64,000 nucleotides of DNA, from NCBI GenBank assembly GCA_030390025.1, contig CM059432.1:43154001-43218000 (forward strand), written 5' to 3'. The position numbers and the translations under genes were made by a program. This document shows, piece by piece, positions 48,501 through 61,031 of this stretch (positions within the stretch are counted from its first letter, which is position 1; each line of letters opens with the position of its first letter). The notes under the pieces are model-generated. The model worked only from the letters and a program-made list of their open reading frames with translations. It had not been told where the DNA came from and ran no database searches. The DNA comes from Squalus acanthias (taxonomy: Eukaryota).

Positions 48501-49917
48501 TTTTCACTCAAACTCAACTTGTGTCCCTCATTGCAGGAAAAGAGAGCCCACAATAAGAGGGAGAGGGCGAGGACAGGAGGAGGGCCACCCTCAGTAGCCC
48601 AGCTCACCACTGCGGAGGAGGCGGCCCTGGAGATTGTGGGAATGGAGGAGGATGCGCAAGTGGGGGACGGACAGACGGGAGCATCACAGCAAGCTGGTGA
48701 CAGAATAGTTTTGCATCTCTCTCATTGACATTGCATGAGTAACTGATAATGATTCTGAAGGTCTAACAGATTGACTTATGATCATCTGTACAATTCAATG
48801 TGCATGCAAACTTTACCTCACATCTCCAACTCTTTCCTTTACTCCCACACAGAACCATCAACAGCCCCCGTCCCCACTGTCAAAGAGGAAGAGCCTGAGC
48901 TTCAAGACTCCTCAGAGGAAGCTACAACCTTTGAAGGCGTAGTGTCAGCAGAATTCAGCGCACCCAGCACCAGCGCAGACACTCACACCTCGGTGGGAAC
49001 TGTGCGAGATAGTGTAGTGTTGTCACCTAGTGTATCACAGCTCACAAGTGAGCATCAGCAGATGGTGGAGACAGGGACAGCAGTGGAGAGTCCTCATCGG
49101 AGGGCGCGGGACTCTGCCAGCTTGACTCGGCTGCATGTCGACCCTGTGCCTCCGTGTCCATCCAGAAGAAGAGCGGTGCTGGAACTCCAGGAACAGGTGC
49201 AGGAGTCTCTGGCAGGTTTTGTCTCCAGGGTCGCTGTGAGTGTGGAGCGAATGGAGGAGTCCATCGCTAACATGAACAGAGCCTTTGTGGAGGTGTTGGT
49301 GCATGAACACATCACCACGGAAAGGATGGCAACCTCCGTGGAAAGGATGGCTACCGTAGAGGAGAGGATGGCTACTGCCATGGAGGAGCTTAGTCGCCAG
49401 GGTCGTGAAAACATGGTCATTGTTCAGAATAGACTGACATCTCTTGAGGTGCGATGGTCAGCTATTGAGCAGAGAAACCAGACCTTCATGGAAGTCCTCT
49501 GGAGTAGGACTTCCAGTGCAGAAACGGGTCCTCTTGGCCCCCCTGAAGTGCAGCAAGGTGCTGTCCAGCCACTTGCTAGGTCTGAGGTGGGGCTGACCCA
49601 TGAGAGGGATGTAGGTGGCAGACAACAAGGAAGTGAGGGCTCCTCTCCAAGTGCTCAGACGACCATGCCACTGCAGAGCCCTCGGTCAGAGCCCCACCAG
49701 AGTCCCCACCCAACTGAGACTGGCATCTCAACCCCACACAGCCGCAGGAGCAGCAGACTGTTGCCGAGCCCTCACAGGCTCACAACTCCAGAGGACGCCC
49801 GCCAAAGGTGTTGAGGCAGGAGCAGCAAGAAAGTGAGCAAGGGGCCTCCACATCTATGAAGCCACAGGGGAAGCACCACGTAGGAGCATGCATAAGAGGA
49901 AGATAATGCACAAGTAG
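45526..49917 (+). pseudogene. Myb/SANT-like gene of D, exons 45526-45764, 48537-48696, 48853-49917; frameshifts near 45595 and 49730
   Basis: MSSSRPKCAPRFDEAALQALV...WLQCRKRFHELL; same splice sites as B. Confidence 0.85.
46064..48485 (-). mobile_element. 5'-truncated young CR1 in Myb intron 1; ORF2 open from 48428 to 46161 (755 aa)
   Basis: Uninterrupted RT (FADDTK); ACACTCA duplicated at 46057-46063 and 48486-48492. Confidence 0.93.
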
Positions 49918-51018
49918 TCACAAGGGTAGTCACTTGGGTGTCATGTTGTGTTTATTTTTGAAATGCCATCAGTTGCTTGTTGTGATAAAAAATGCTGATG
50001 TCAAACTGTTGAAGTTGTGGCGTGTGTCATTTCGCAAATGGGACTTCCACATTGAGGGCTTAGGGTGACTTGCAGTTGTCAGTATGGTGGTCATAGTGAT
50101 TGGAATCCGCAGGTTCTTGGCCATTGTCGATGGTCTGGTAAGAAGCTGCGAGGCAAAGGTGCTTGATTGTCTAGGCTAAGCAAATCTGGCCAAGATGAGT
50201 GCGTCCCTTGCATCCCGGGCAGCAATGTGCTCGCATGCTGCTGCCGCTGGTTGATGCGCCTCTGCAAGCTGTTGGTTGTCGCTCTCCTCCTCCTCCTCCT
50301 CCTCATCTGAGGAGGCTATGTGATGAGCCACTTGTTCCTCAGGCATCTGCAAGCCACGATGCTGTGCCATGTTGTGAAGTGCACAGCAGACCATGACCAG
50401 TCTGGAGACCCTGGCTGCTGAGTACTGCAGGGCTCCACCTGATCTATCAAGGCATCTTAAGCGCATCTTCAGCAAGCCGATGGTTTGTTCGATTATGGAT
50501 CTGGTAGAAATGTGGCTCGAGTTGTAGCGCTCCTCAGCTTCATTGGATGGGCTCCTCAACGGCGTCATTAGCCATGTCTTCAGGGGATAGCCCTTGTCTC
50601 CAAGTAGCCATCCAAAAAGTTGGTCTGGCGGACTGAAGAGCGGAGGCACACTAGACTGGCGCAGGATGAAGGAGTCATGGCAACTGCCAGGGTACTCGGC
50701 GCAAACATGTAAAATTTCCTTATTGTGGTCACACACCAGCTGTACATTGAGGGAGTGGAAGCCCTTGCGGTTGACAAAAATATCTGGATTGTGATGGGGT
50801 GCCTTAAGGGCCACATGTGTGCAGTCAACGACGCCCTGCACCCTTGGAAAGCCTGCCAGATTGTCAAACACAACCGCACGCGCAGTTACACTGGCTTGAT
50901 CCTTGGAGAAATTGATGTAATTATGAGCGATGGCAAAGAGGGCATCGGTTACCTGCATGATGCAAGTGTGTGTGGCAGCCTGGGAGACGCCGCTGATGTC
51001 TGCTGCTGATCCCTGGAA

Positions 51019-54000
51019 TACATAAGAACATAAGAACATAAGAAATAGGAGCAGGAGTAGGCCAACTGGCCCCTCGAGCCTGCTCCGCCATTCAATAAGA
51101 TCATGGCTGATCTGATCCTAACCGCCAATCTACTATCACAGAACCATTTCCTGAACCTAACAGAATTGGACACAAGAAATAGGAGCAGCATCAGGCTACA
51201 CGGCCCCTGGGCCCGCTACGCTACCCACAGGGCCATGACCGATCCGAACCTAGACTCATGTCCAAATTCCTGCCCGCTCCCCGTAACCCTTAATTCCCTT
51301 TACTTCTAGGAAACTGTCTATTTCTGTTTTAAATTTATGTAATGATTTAGCTTCTACAGCTTTTTGGGGCAGCATATTCCATGGACCTACCACCCTCTGA
51401 GTGAAGTAGTTCCTTCTCATCTCAGTTTTGAAAGAGCAGCCCCTTATTCTAAGACTATGCCCCTTAGTTCTAGTTTCACCCATCATCGGGAACATCCTCC
51501 CCGCATCCACCCGATCCAACCCCTTCACAATCTTATATGTTTCAATAAGATCGCCTCTCATTCTTCTGAACTCCAATGAGTAGAGTCCCAATCTACCCAA
51601 CCTCTCCTCATATGTCCATCCCCTCATCCCCGGGATTAACCGAGTGAACCTTCTTTGTACTGACTCGAGAGCAAGTATGTCTTTTCTTAAGTATGGACAC
51701 CAAAACTGTATGCAGTATTCCAGGTGCAGTCTCACCAATACCCTGTACAACTGAAGCAATACCTCCCTATTTTTATATTCTATCCCCTTAGCAATGAAAG
51801 CCAACATTCCATTGGCCTTCTTAATCACTTGCTGCACCTGCATACTAACCTTTTGAGTTTCGTGCACCAGGACCCCCAGATCCCTTTGTACTTCAGTACT
51901 TTCCAGTTTCTTGCCATTTAGATAATAACTTGCTCGACTATTTTTCCTGCCAAAGTGCATAACCCCACACTTTCCAGTATTGTATTTCATCTGCCAAATC
52001 TCTGCCCACTTACTTAGCCTGTCTATGTCCCCTTGCAGATGTTTTATGTCCTCCTCACTCACTACTTTCCCTCCCATCTTAGTATCATCTGCAAACTTTG
52101 ATATGTTACACTCGGTCCCCTCCTCCAAATCGTTAATATAGATTGTAAAGAGTTGGGGACCCAGCACTGACCCCTGCGGAACACCACTAGTTACAGATTG
52201 CCAGGCTGAGAATGAACCATTTATCCCAACTCTCTGCCTTCTGTTAGATAGCCAATCCTCTATCCATGCCAGAATATTACCCCCAATCCCGTGATTTTTT
52301 ATCTTAAGCAATAATCTTTTGTGTGGCACCTTGTCAAATGCCTTTTGGAAGTCTAAATACACCACATCCACTGGTTCCCCTTTATCCACCCTGTGTGTTA
52401 CTTCCTCAAAGAACTCCAGCAAATTCGTCAAACATGACTTCCCCTTCATAAAACCATGCTGACTTTGTCCTATTTAAATTATGATTATCCAAATGTCCCG
52501 TTACTGTCTCCTTAATAATGGACTCCAAAATTTTACCTACCACAGATGTTAGGCTAACCGGTCTATAGTTTCCAGTCTGCTGCCCTTTTTAAATAAGGGT
52601 GTTACATTAGCAGTTTTCCAGTCTGCCGGGATCTTTGCTGAGTCCAGGGAGTTTTGGAAAATGATTACCAATGCATCCACAATACCTACCGCCACTTCCT
52701 TCAAGACCCTAGGATGTAAGCCATCAGGTCCAGGTGATTTATCCGCCTTGAGTCCCATTATTTTACCGAGTACCACTTCCTTAGTGATTTTGATCGTGTT
52801 TAGCTCCTCCCCCCCTATAGCCCCCTGTTTGTCCAGTGTTGGGATATTCTTAGTATCCTCTACTGTAAAGACTGATACAAAATATTCATTCAGTGTATTT
52901 GCCATCTCCATATTTCCCACCATTAATTTCCCGGTCTCATCCTCCAAGGGACCAACATTTACTTTAGCCACCCTTTTTCTTTTTATATAACTATAAAAAC
53001 TCTTACTATCTGTTTTTATATTTTTTGCTAATTTACTTTCATAATCTATCTTCCCTTTCTTAATCAATCTTTTTGTTATTTTTTGCTGTCTTTTAAAGTT
53101 TTCCCAATCCTCTATCCTCCCATTAGATTTGGCTACCTTATAAGCCCTTGTTTTTAGTCGAATATTATCCTTAATTTCTTTACTTAGCCACGGATGACTG
53201 TCTTTTCTTTCACACCCTTTTCTTCTCAGTGGAATATATATTTTTTGGAAGTTGTAAAATATCTCCTTAAATGTACACCACTGATCATGTATCGTCTTAC
53301 CCTTTAATCTATTTTCCCAATCCACTCTACTCAATTCTGCTCTCATACCTTCATAGTCTCCTTTATTCAAGCTTAGCACGCTTGTTTGAGATCCAACCTT
53401 CTCACCCTCTAATTGAATATGGAATTCAACCATGTTATGGTCACTCATTCCAAGGGGATCCTTTACTAGGACATTTTTAATTAATCCTGTCTCGTTACAC
53501 AGGACCAAATCTAAGGTTGCTTGCCCCCTGGTCGGTTCAGTTACATACTGCTCAAGAAACCCATCCCTAATACACTCAATGAACTCATCCTCAAGGCAGC
53601 CCTGCCCAATTTGATTTGTCCAATTAATATGATAGTTAAAATCCCCCATAATTAAAGATGTTCCCTTATTACAAGCCTCAACTATTTCCCGATTGATACT
53701 CCGTCCAACAGAGTTGCAACTGTTCGGAGGCCTATAGACTATGCCCACTAGTGTTTTTTTCCCCTTATTATTCCTTATCTCCACCCAAACTGTTTCATTA
53801 TCCTGATCTTTTGACCCAATATCATTTCTCTGTATTACAGTGATTCCTTCCTTTATTAACATAGCCACCCCACCACCCCTTCCTTCCTGCCTGTCCTTCC
53901 TGATCGTTAAATAACCTGGTATGTTTAATTCCCAGGCATCGTCACCCTGCAGCCATGTTTCTGTAATGGCCACAAGATCATACCCATATGTAGTTATTTG

Positions 54001-55668
54001 TGCCATTAACTCATCTATTTTGTTACGAATGCTACGTGCATTCAGATAGAGAACTTTCAAATATGTTTTGTGACACTTAGTTCCTGCTTTTGCCCTTTTT
54101 ATTACTTTACCTTTTACTCCGTACCTTCTGCCCCTTCCTGACACACTCTGGTTTTTAATTTCCCCACTGCTACCTAAGTCTATGACCTTCTCTGTTGTCA
54201 TTTTTATTATTTGCTCTCTAGGAACCTCCCCCCCACTAGTTAGTTTAAAGCCCTCTCTACAGCCCTAGTTATATGATCCGCCAGGACTCTAGTCCCAGCA
54301 CTGGCTAAGTGAAGCCCGTCCCAACGGAACAGCTCCCTCCTGCCCCAGTACTGGTGCCAGTGTCCCAGGAAGCAAAACCCATTTCTCCCACACCAGTCTT
54401 TGAGCCACTCATTTAACTCTCTAATTTTATTTGTCCTAGCCAAATTCGCTCGTGGCTCAGGTAATAATCCAGAGATTAATACCCTTGAGGTTCTGTTTTT
54501 TAATTTGACCCCTAGCTGCTCATACTCCTTTAACAGAACCTGCTTCCTTGTCCTATCTACGTCGTTTGTACCAACATGGACCACGACAACTGAATCCACC
54601 CCATCCCACTGCAAGTTTCTTTCCAGCCCAGAGGAGATGTCCTTAACCCTGGCACCGGACAGGCAACACAGCCTACGGGACTCTCGCTCTCGGCTGCAGA
54701 GAACTCTATCTATCCCCCTAATAATACTATCCCCTACCACTACAACATTTCTATTTACTCCCCCCTCTTGAATGGCCCCCCGTTCCACGGTGCTGTGGCC
54801 AGGTTGCTCATCCTCCCTGCAGTCCCTGCTCCCGTCCCCACAGGGAGTAAGAACCTCGAACCTGTTGGACAAGAGCAAGGGCTGCGGCTCCTCCAACACT
54901 ACCTCCTGGATCCCCGTACCTGCCTCACTCGTAGTCACACCGTCCTGTCCCTGACCATGGGCTACATCTGAATTAATTAACTTCATAGGTGTGACCACCT
55001 CCTGAAACACAAAGTCCAGGTACTTCTCCCCCACCCTGATGTGTCGCAGTGTCTGAAGCTCAGACTCCAGCTCATCAATACGGAGCTGGAGTTCCTGTAG
55101 CAGCAGACACTTGTCACAGATGTAATCACCGTGAGCCTCAATGGGGTCCACCGGCTCCCACATCTCGCAACAGTAACACATCACCTGCTCCATTCTATGT
55201 AATTAATTAAAAAAGAATTATTGTTAGTTATGGACACTCTCTGCCCGATTATAGATGCTAGTATCCCCTCTAATTAATTGGATTTAAATTAAATCAATCC
55301 CTCTAAATTACACCAGTTAAATGGTTTACCAACAGTCACTCTGCACCAGAAAGGCCTTATTAACTATAACCCACAGAGTTTAAGTTTAAAAAGAGAGAAA
55401 TACTCACCAACCAATTACTTACCTGCTTTCTGGTGACGTCACACCTCGATTATTTTTACCTCTCTCCCTCCCTCCGAGTTCGGAGACTGGTCCCGCCTTA
55501 CCTGGTCTCTGGAGCCTTTTAAACCCTTTGCCGCCGCCTCGCCTCACACAGGTCCGCCGCCGCACCAGGAACCTCACAAAGATGGAAAAAGGAAGGCACA
55601 CCTCCCTCCCCGAACTCCCTCACTCACCAAACTCGCAGCTTAGCACTCTATTCCAAATCTGCACTCCG
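51019..55668 (-). mobile_element. Full-length CR1 LINE (4650 bp); ORF1 intact, ORF2 frameshifted around 52470-52580
   Basis: ORF2 halves at 52549-54201 (APE) and 51256-52449 (RT); (TTCTTATG)n tail; 5' end homologous to 35621. Confidence 0.95.
54240..55193 (-). CDS. CR1 ORF1p (Zn finger/leucine zipper plus SGNH esterase), 317 aa
   Basis: CYCC...CDKC, LQELQLRIDELESELQTL, VGDSIIR, HVGTND, DGLHL. Confidence 0.9.
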   Translation of the reverse strand: MEQVMCYCCEMWEPVDPIEAHGDYICDKCLLLQELQLRIDELESELQTLRHIRVGEKYLDFVFQEVVTPMKLINSDVAHGQGQDGVTTSEAGTGIQEVVLEEPQPLLLSNRFEVLTPCGDGSRDCREDEQPGHSTVERGAIQEGGVNRNVVVVGDSIIRGIDRVLCSRERESRRLCCLSGARVKDISSGLERNLQWDGVDSVVVVHVGTNDVDRTRKQVLLKEYEQLGVKLKNRTSRVLISGLLPEPRANLARTNKIRELNEWLKDWCGRNGFCFLGHWHQYWGRRELFRWDGLHLASAGTRVLADHITRAVERALN

Positions 55669-56681
55669 TGAGCCTGAAGCAAAAAAGTTGAGTGCGGTGG
55701 TGACTTTGACGGCCACTGGTAAGGAGTGTCCACCTGCTCCTCTGGGCTCCAGCTCTTGCTGCAGCATTGCGCAGATGTCGCCCACTACCTCTCGTGAAAG
55801 TCGGAGCCTCCTTTGGCACTGCTGCTCAGTCATGTTGAGGTAGCTGATACTCTGTCTGTAGACCCTGTTTTGGGGGTATCTCCTGCACCGACAGGCTTCC
55901 ATGCGCTGGCGCCTTCTGGCCTGTGCAGCTTCAGGTGGGTGAGCAGCAGCTTGGAGCTCCTGCTGTTGCTCCTGCAGTTGGTGCTGCTGTTGTTCAGGGT
56001 TCTGCTGCTGCCGCGGCTGGTCTTCATCCGAATCTGATGTCCAGGAGGAAAGGAAATAAATGGTTCCCATTCTTCTGGTAGATACCTCAGTTGAGGAAGT
56101 GCTCATTCAAGGTGGGGAGAGGGGTTTCCCAGGAGGTCACACTGGAGATGGGTGTTAGGCTCCAAACTTCCACAACAATGAGTAGGCCTGCTAAAAGTTC
56201 CCCCAGACCTGAGACAACAAAGTTCTGCCACCTGCAAATGATGATTGCTGAAAACTCCTTTTTAATGATGGCGCTGTAGCGGTTAGTAAGAAGTCCACTT
56301 GTGATGCCGCCAGGATTCACTGGCGTGTTCCAGTGGAGACGTGCAGCACGTGGGAAGTGTTAAAATCAGAAAGGCCTCTCAAAATGGGATTATAGAGGCA
56401 ATTAAGTGGTTGTTAAGGGCCTTAAGGGCCTATCCGCCTCTTGGAGGCGGGATGGAAACGGGGTCAGAAAACAGGCATGTGGGAAAATTGCTCGGAGGCG
56501 GGATGGAGGCGGGATCGGGCCCGCCTGCCTTTTTTTGTGATTTTACCACCTCACACGCCTCCAATCCCGCCTCCTCGGGCCTGGCAAAATCGAGCCCTAT
56601 CTCTCAACTGTGGGACCTTCTTGGAAGACCCTCTCCCAGCTTGGACTGTGAGCTTCCCCAACGGAGGTATCTGCCAGCAGC

Positions 56682-56910
56682 ATGGGAACCATTTATTTCC
56701 TTTCACCATGGAGCTCAGATTCGGATGAGGAGCAGCCACGGCAGCAGCAGAACCAGGCAGCTCAGCAGCAACAGCAGCAGGAGCCCCAACCTCCTGCTCA
56801 CCCACCTGATGCTGCACAGGGCAGAAGGTGCCAGCGCATGGAAGCACGTCGCCGCAGGAGATACCCCCCTCTCAGGGTTTACAGACAGAGCATGAGCTAC
56901 CTCAACATGA
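56682..56910 (+). pseudogene. 5' stub of the element F transposase
   Basis: [17 protein letters not shown]...RVYRQSMSYLNMT matches the D N-terminus, then jumps to 3' non-coding sequence. Confidence 0.8.
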
Positions 56911-57082
56911 CTCTCTGGCCTCCTTTCACTCTGGCCACCAACCTGACCACGCAAGTGTCGCGGAGCCTGCAATGTGGAGCTGCCTAAGGTGAAATAACAG
57001 ATGCCATCACGCCAACAGTTTGCCATCACCTCATTTTTATACATTCAAACAGAAACAATCACCCAAGAGCCTACCCCTGTGA

Positions 57083-59012
57083 CTAATGGTGCATTATTTT
57101 TCTCTTACGCGTGCTCCTACGTGGTGCTCCCCCTGTGGCTTCTGCAGAAGTGGAGGCTCCTTGCTCACTTTGATGCTGCTCCTGCTTCGACACCTTTGGC
57201 GGGCGTTCTCTGGGTTTACGAGCCTGTGAGGGCTCGCCAAACGTCTGCTCATCCTGCGGCAGTGCAGGGGCTGAGACATCCATCTCAGTTGGGTGCGGAC
57301 TCTGGTGGGGCTCTGACCGAGGGCTACGCAGTGTCATGGAAGTGTGAGTGCTTGGAGAGGAGCCCCCACTTCCTTGTTCTCTGCCACCAACTTCCCTCTC
57401 ATGGGTCAGGTCCACCTCAGCACTTGCAAGTGGCTTGAGAACACCTTGCTGCACATCAGGGGGGCCATGGGGACCCGTATCTGCACTGGCAGTCCTACTC
57501 AAAAGGACTTCCATGAAGCTCTGGATTCTCTGCTCCATAGCTGCCCATCGCTCCTCCAGAGATGTCATTCTATTCTGAACATTCACCATGTTTTCCTGAC
57601 ACTGGCAACTTATTTCCTCCATGGCCGTAGCCAGCCTTTCCACGGAGGTTGCCATCCTTTCCGTGGTGCTGCGTATATGCGCCATTGCCTCCCCAACGGC
57701 ACTGCTCATGCTAGAGTTGGACTCCTCCATCCTCTCCACACTCGCAGTGAACCTGGAGACAAGACCTGTCAGAGACTCCTGCAGCTGTTTCTGGAGTTCC
57801 AGCACTGCTCTCCTTCTGGATGGACCCAGAGGCACAGGGTCCACATGCAGCGGAGCAGAGCTAGGAGTGTCCTGCGACCTCCGCCGAGGACTCTCCACTG
57901 CTGTCCCTGTCTCCACCACCTGCTGATGCTCACCTGACAATACTACTCTATGTCCCGAAGGTCCCACCAAGGTGTGCGTATCTGCGCTGGTGCTGGGTGC
58001 GCTTACATCTGCTGATGCTGCGTCCTCAGAGGTTGCAGGTTCCCCTGAGGAATCTTCCTGCTCAGCCTCTTCCTTGTCAACAGTGGGGGGGGGGGGGGCT
58101 CTGTGGATGGTCCTGTGGGGGAGTAAAGGCATGGGTTAAACATTTGACGGAAGTGTGGCATGCACATGCAATAATGCAGATGCTCAAGTGGCATTTTAAT
58201 AATGTACACCAGCAGCCATTTCAGTCACTCAAGCAGTGTAAATGAGAGAGACGTAAAACTATTCTGTCACCAGCTTGCTCTGCATTGCCCGTCTGTCCGT
58301 CCCCCACTTCCACTTCCACCTCTGCGCCAGCGATGTCAGGGCCGCCTCTTCAGCCTGGGTGAGATGGGCGAGGGAAGGTGGCCCTCCTCCTGTCTTCACC
58401 CTTTCCCTTCTATTGTGGGCTCTCTTTTCCTGCAGTGAGGGAGACAAGTGGAGTTGGAGTGAGAATGATGGAGTGAGTGTAGAGCGCCCAGAGCATAGAT
58501 ACTTAGAAGGAGACAAAGATGGAGTGAGGTTCCATATCCAAGGGCCCTCCCTGTGCGTTGTTAGTCGTTGTCATTGCATAACATCGAAAGGGAGTGTGAG
58601 GGCAGCATAGTCGAATAGTGAAGTGATTGGGTTCATAGAGTGAGAGGGAATGGTGAAGGGTGCAAGGGTTGTAAGGGTAAAGTGGGATGTGGAGGAGGAG
58701 GTTGACAATGCAGAGTGCTGGTGATGAGAGGAGAAGGGGAGCAGAAGGAGGGTCAAGCTGAAAGTATACTCACTTTGCCTGATCTTACAAGGTCATTGAA
58801 CCTTTTATGGCACTGCAGCAATGTCCTGCTGCACACTGATCTGGAGGTTATATCCCTTGCCAGCTGGACCCACACAGCCTTGGTTTCTTTGGGAGGCTCT
58901 TCCTCCCAGATGAGGGGATGAGCACCTCCCTGCTGGCTCTCACCCCCTCAACCAGCATACCCAGCACCTCATCGGAGAACCTCGGGGAGGCCCTTGCCTT
59001 GGAGTTGGCCAT
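57083..59012 (-). pseudogene. Myb/SANT-like gene of F, exons 59012-58774, 58429-58271, 58112-57083; frameshifts in exons 1 and 2, exon 3 open
   Basis: Homologous to the B/D Myb genes (EKRAHNRRERVKTGGGPP; TERMATSVERLA). Confidence 0.83.
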
Positions 59013-59028
59013 TCTTGAAGGAAATAAT

Positions 59029-59791
59029 GGCCCGAAACATTAGACCTAATACGGGAGATTACGCACTGTGTACTCTCACGTATTAGGTCTCGAAGTGCCG
59101 GTTTCCTGCATGCACTGCGCATGCGCGGGAAACTGGCACTTCAGGTATTGCGAAGGGGACGGTTCCTAAGTGAACCGCGTGCGTGCTACAGGTTGCGCGC
59201 ACGCAGCGCACTTCGTTTTTTTTTCAGGTTTGAACGCGCAGGTAAGTGTTGAAGATTTTACACATGAAGAAAGCAGGCGTAAGACCCCCTTTTAACAAGG
59301 TAAGTAGTTAATTAAGTATTTTAAATTTTTTTCAACAGGTTTATCTTTTTTAGAGACTTTAAATAAAGGTAAGTTTATTTTTATAACTTTTAAAAAGAAT
59401 TTAAATGTTTTCAAAAATTTAAATTTTTGTTTAAAGTGGTTAATTTATTTAACTATAGTTATTTTATTAATGTGATGGCTTTTTTTAAAATTTAATTGAG
59501 GTTTAGCTGTTCTTTTGGGGGCTTGTTGTATTCATAGTTTTGACAGCTCTTGCTGTCAAAACTATGAATGAAAGATGGTGTGCTGCCATTGGCTCTAACT
59601 GGCCCACGTGATCCCAGAGGTCGCATCAAATTAACTGCGCCTCTGGGACACGCACACACTGCGCGCCGGCACCAGGGAGAGGCCCAGGAACTGAAGTTCG
59701 TGTGGGCCAAAACCATAAAGGCAGGCGCGGAGTGCGATATCGCGGGGGATCCTTACCCCCGCGGCAACCATCGAAGTCCAATTTCTGGGCC
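59029..59791 (+). mobile_element. Harbinger-type MITE, family M4, with hairpin cluster and splice signals
   Basis: GGCCCGAAACATTAGAC / GTCCAATTTCTGGGCC; AAT TSD at 59026-59028 and 59792-59794; interrupts the Myb 5' region of F. Confidence 0.8.
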
Positions 59792-61031
59792 AATAGCTTG
59801 GAGGTGGTGCAGCATCGACCAAAAACCAGTGGAATGAGCCAAGGCAGCAAGCAGCCCTTAAGTGAAGCTGGATAAGTGACGTCAGCAGAGGCGAGTTTCA
59901 GTCCCAAAAGACTAATTGGCCCAGGGGAACCCACACCTCTGAAATCAACTAGCCAATTAGGGGAAAATCGCAAATGTTTCCCACCTCTCAGTGGAGGCGG
60001 GTTTGGAACCCACCCAAACCGAAACCCGCCTCTAACCCACCTCCATTGGGAAAACTGCGCCCTAGATTCCTGGTTTGGAGCAAAATATTTAAAAATTCAG
60101 TTCAGAACCAACTCAAAGAAATCCAATTTAAAATTGTCAGGTACCCCTCCAAGACTCAACTTGATATCTGCAAACTATAATTCTTACGACAGACTTGAAA
60201 TCAACCCTTTCTCAAGTTCTGATCATGTTCCGAGATTGGCCTGCTCTAAAATTGAATTACGTTGCCAACATTGAACTGAATGTTAATGCTAAGAGGCATC
60301 CAGGGACTTTTATCTGCTTGGCATTCGAGGAGAAAACCTATCAGACAGTGGCATAGAGTACCACCTCGTTGATCATCATTTTTTTCCCAGAGAAGAAAGT
60401 GATTTTATTAAAATTGAACTCTCTAAATCCACTCCTAATTCTGATATAGCTAAACATTTTGCTGGAATGTCACACCTTGAAGATATTTCTGGATTATTTG
60501 GTCTTCATTTGAAATTTCTTTTACAAAAAGGATAACATTACTGAATAATAATGTAGATTAGATGGCTCTCTACGTTCTGCATGACCTTTATGTGTGATTC
60601 TCTAACATTCTTTACACCTTCACTGATTTATAATTTTACTTGTCATTTTGAATGAGGTGTATAGAGTATTTGATTTGTTTTCTCTTTTGCAGTCGGAGAC
60701 CATAGGTTAATTGTCTGAGTACATACAGGCAATAAGGAACCTTACCCTCCACTAGTGCTTATAGGAAAATCATGGGCACTCTGCCTGCAGTTTCCAGATG
60801 TGCGCTGGCAGGAGGCAAGGTTTCTCAGTGCCAGTGCATACTCAGAAAATTTAGCCTTATGAAATGTATAAAGGAAGTATTTGATTTGTTTAGTCTTTAT
60901 GACCAGGACACAAAAAAATAAAAATAGCAAATGGTGGATAGTCAGAATAGGACCTCAGAAATGAAACATTGTTTAGTCTGGTTTCTGAATTAGTTCTGTC
61001 AGTTCTGTGAAAGATTTGCAATCAAATCTAT

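Larger units (their letters stand above)
50176..56070 (-). pseudogene. Harbinger transposase of D (56070-55669 plus 51018-50176; 414 aa when rejoined) disrupted by a full-length CR1
   Basis: ...ALNFFASGS | [10 protein letters not shown]... joins in frame; [32 protein letters not shown] intact. Confidence 0.92.
45271..56597. mobile_element. Harbinger element D (family of B, inverted), left TIR lost, two CR1 insertions
   Basis: Right end CAAAATCGAGCCC is the reverse complement of the B start; colinear with B; both genes present. Confidence 0.88.
44834..60062. mobile_element. Harbinger element F (44834-45270 plus 56598-60062) hosting element D and a MITE
   Basis: TIR GGGGGCGAATTTCCC / GGGAAAACTGCGCCC; flanks TTG/TAG; gaggtgctgcag (45260) continues as tcaactgtgggacc (56604), as in element E. 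Confidence 0.8.

Noticed and set aside
60670..60710. Possible host micro-exon (ttttgcag TCGGAGACCATAG gttaat)
   Set aside because: Weak donor and no supporting exons; cannot be supported without RNA data
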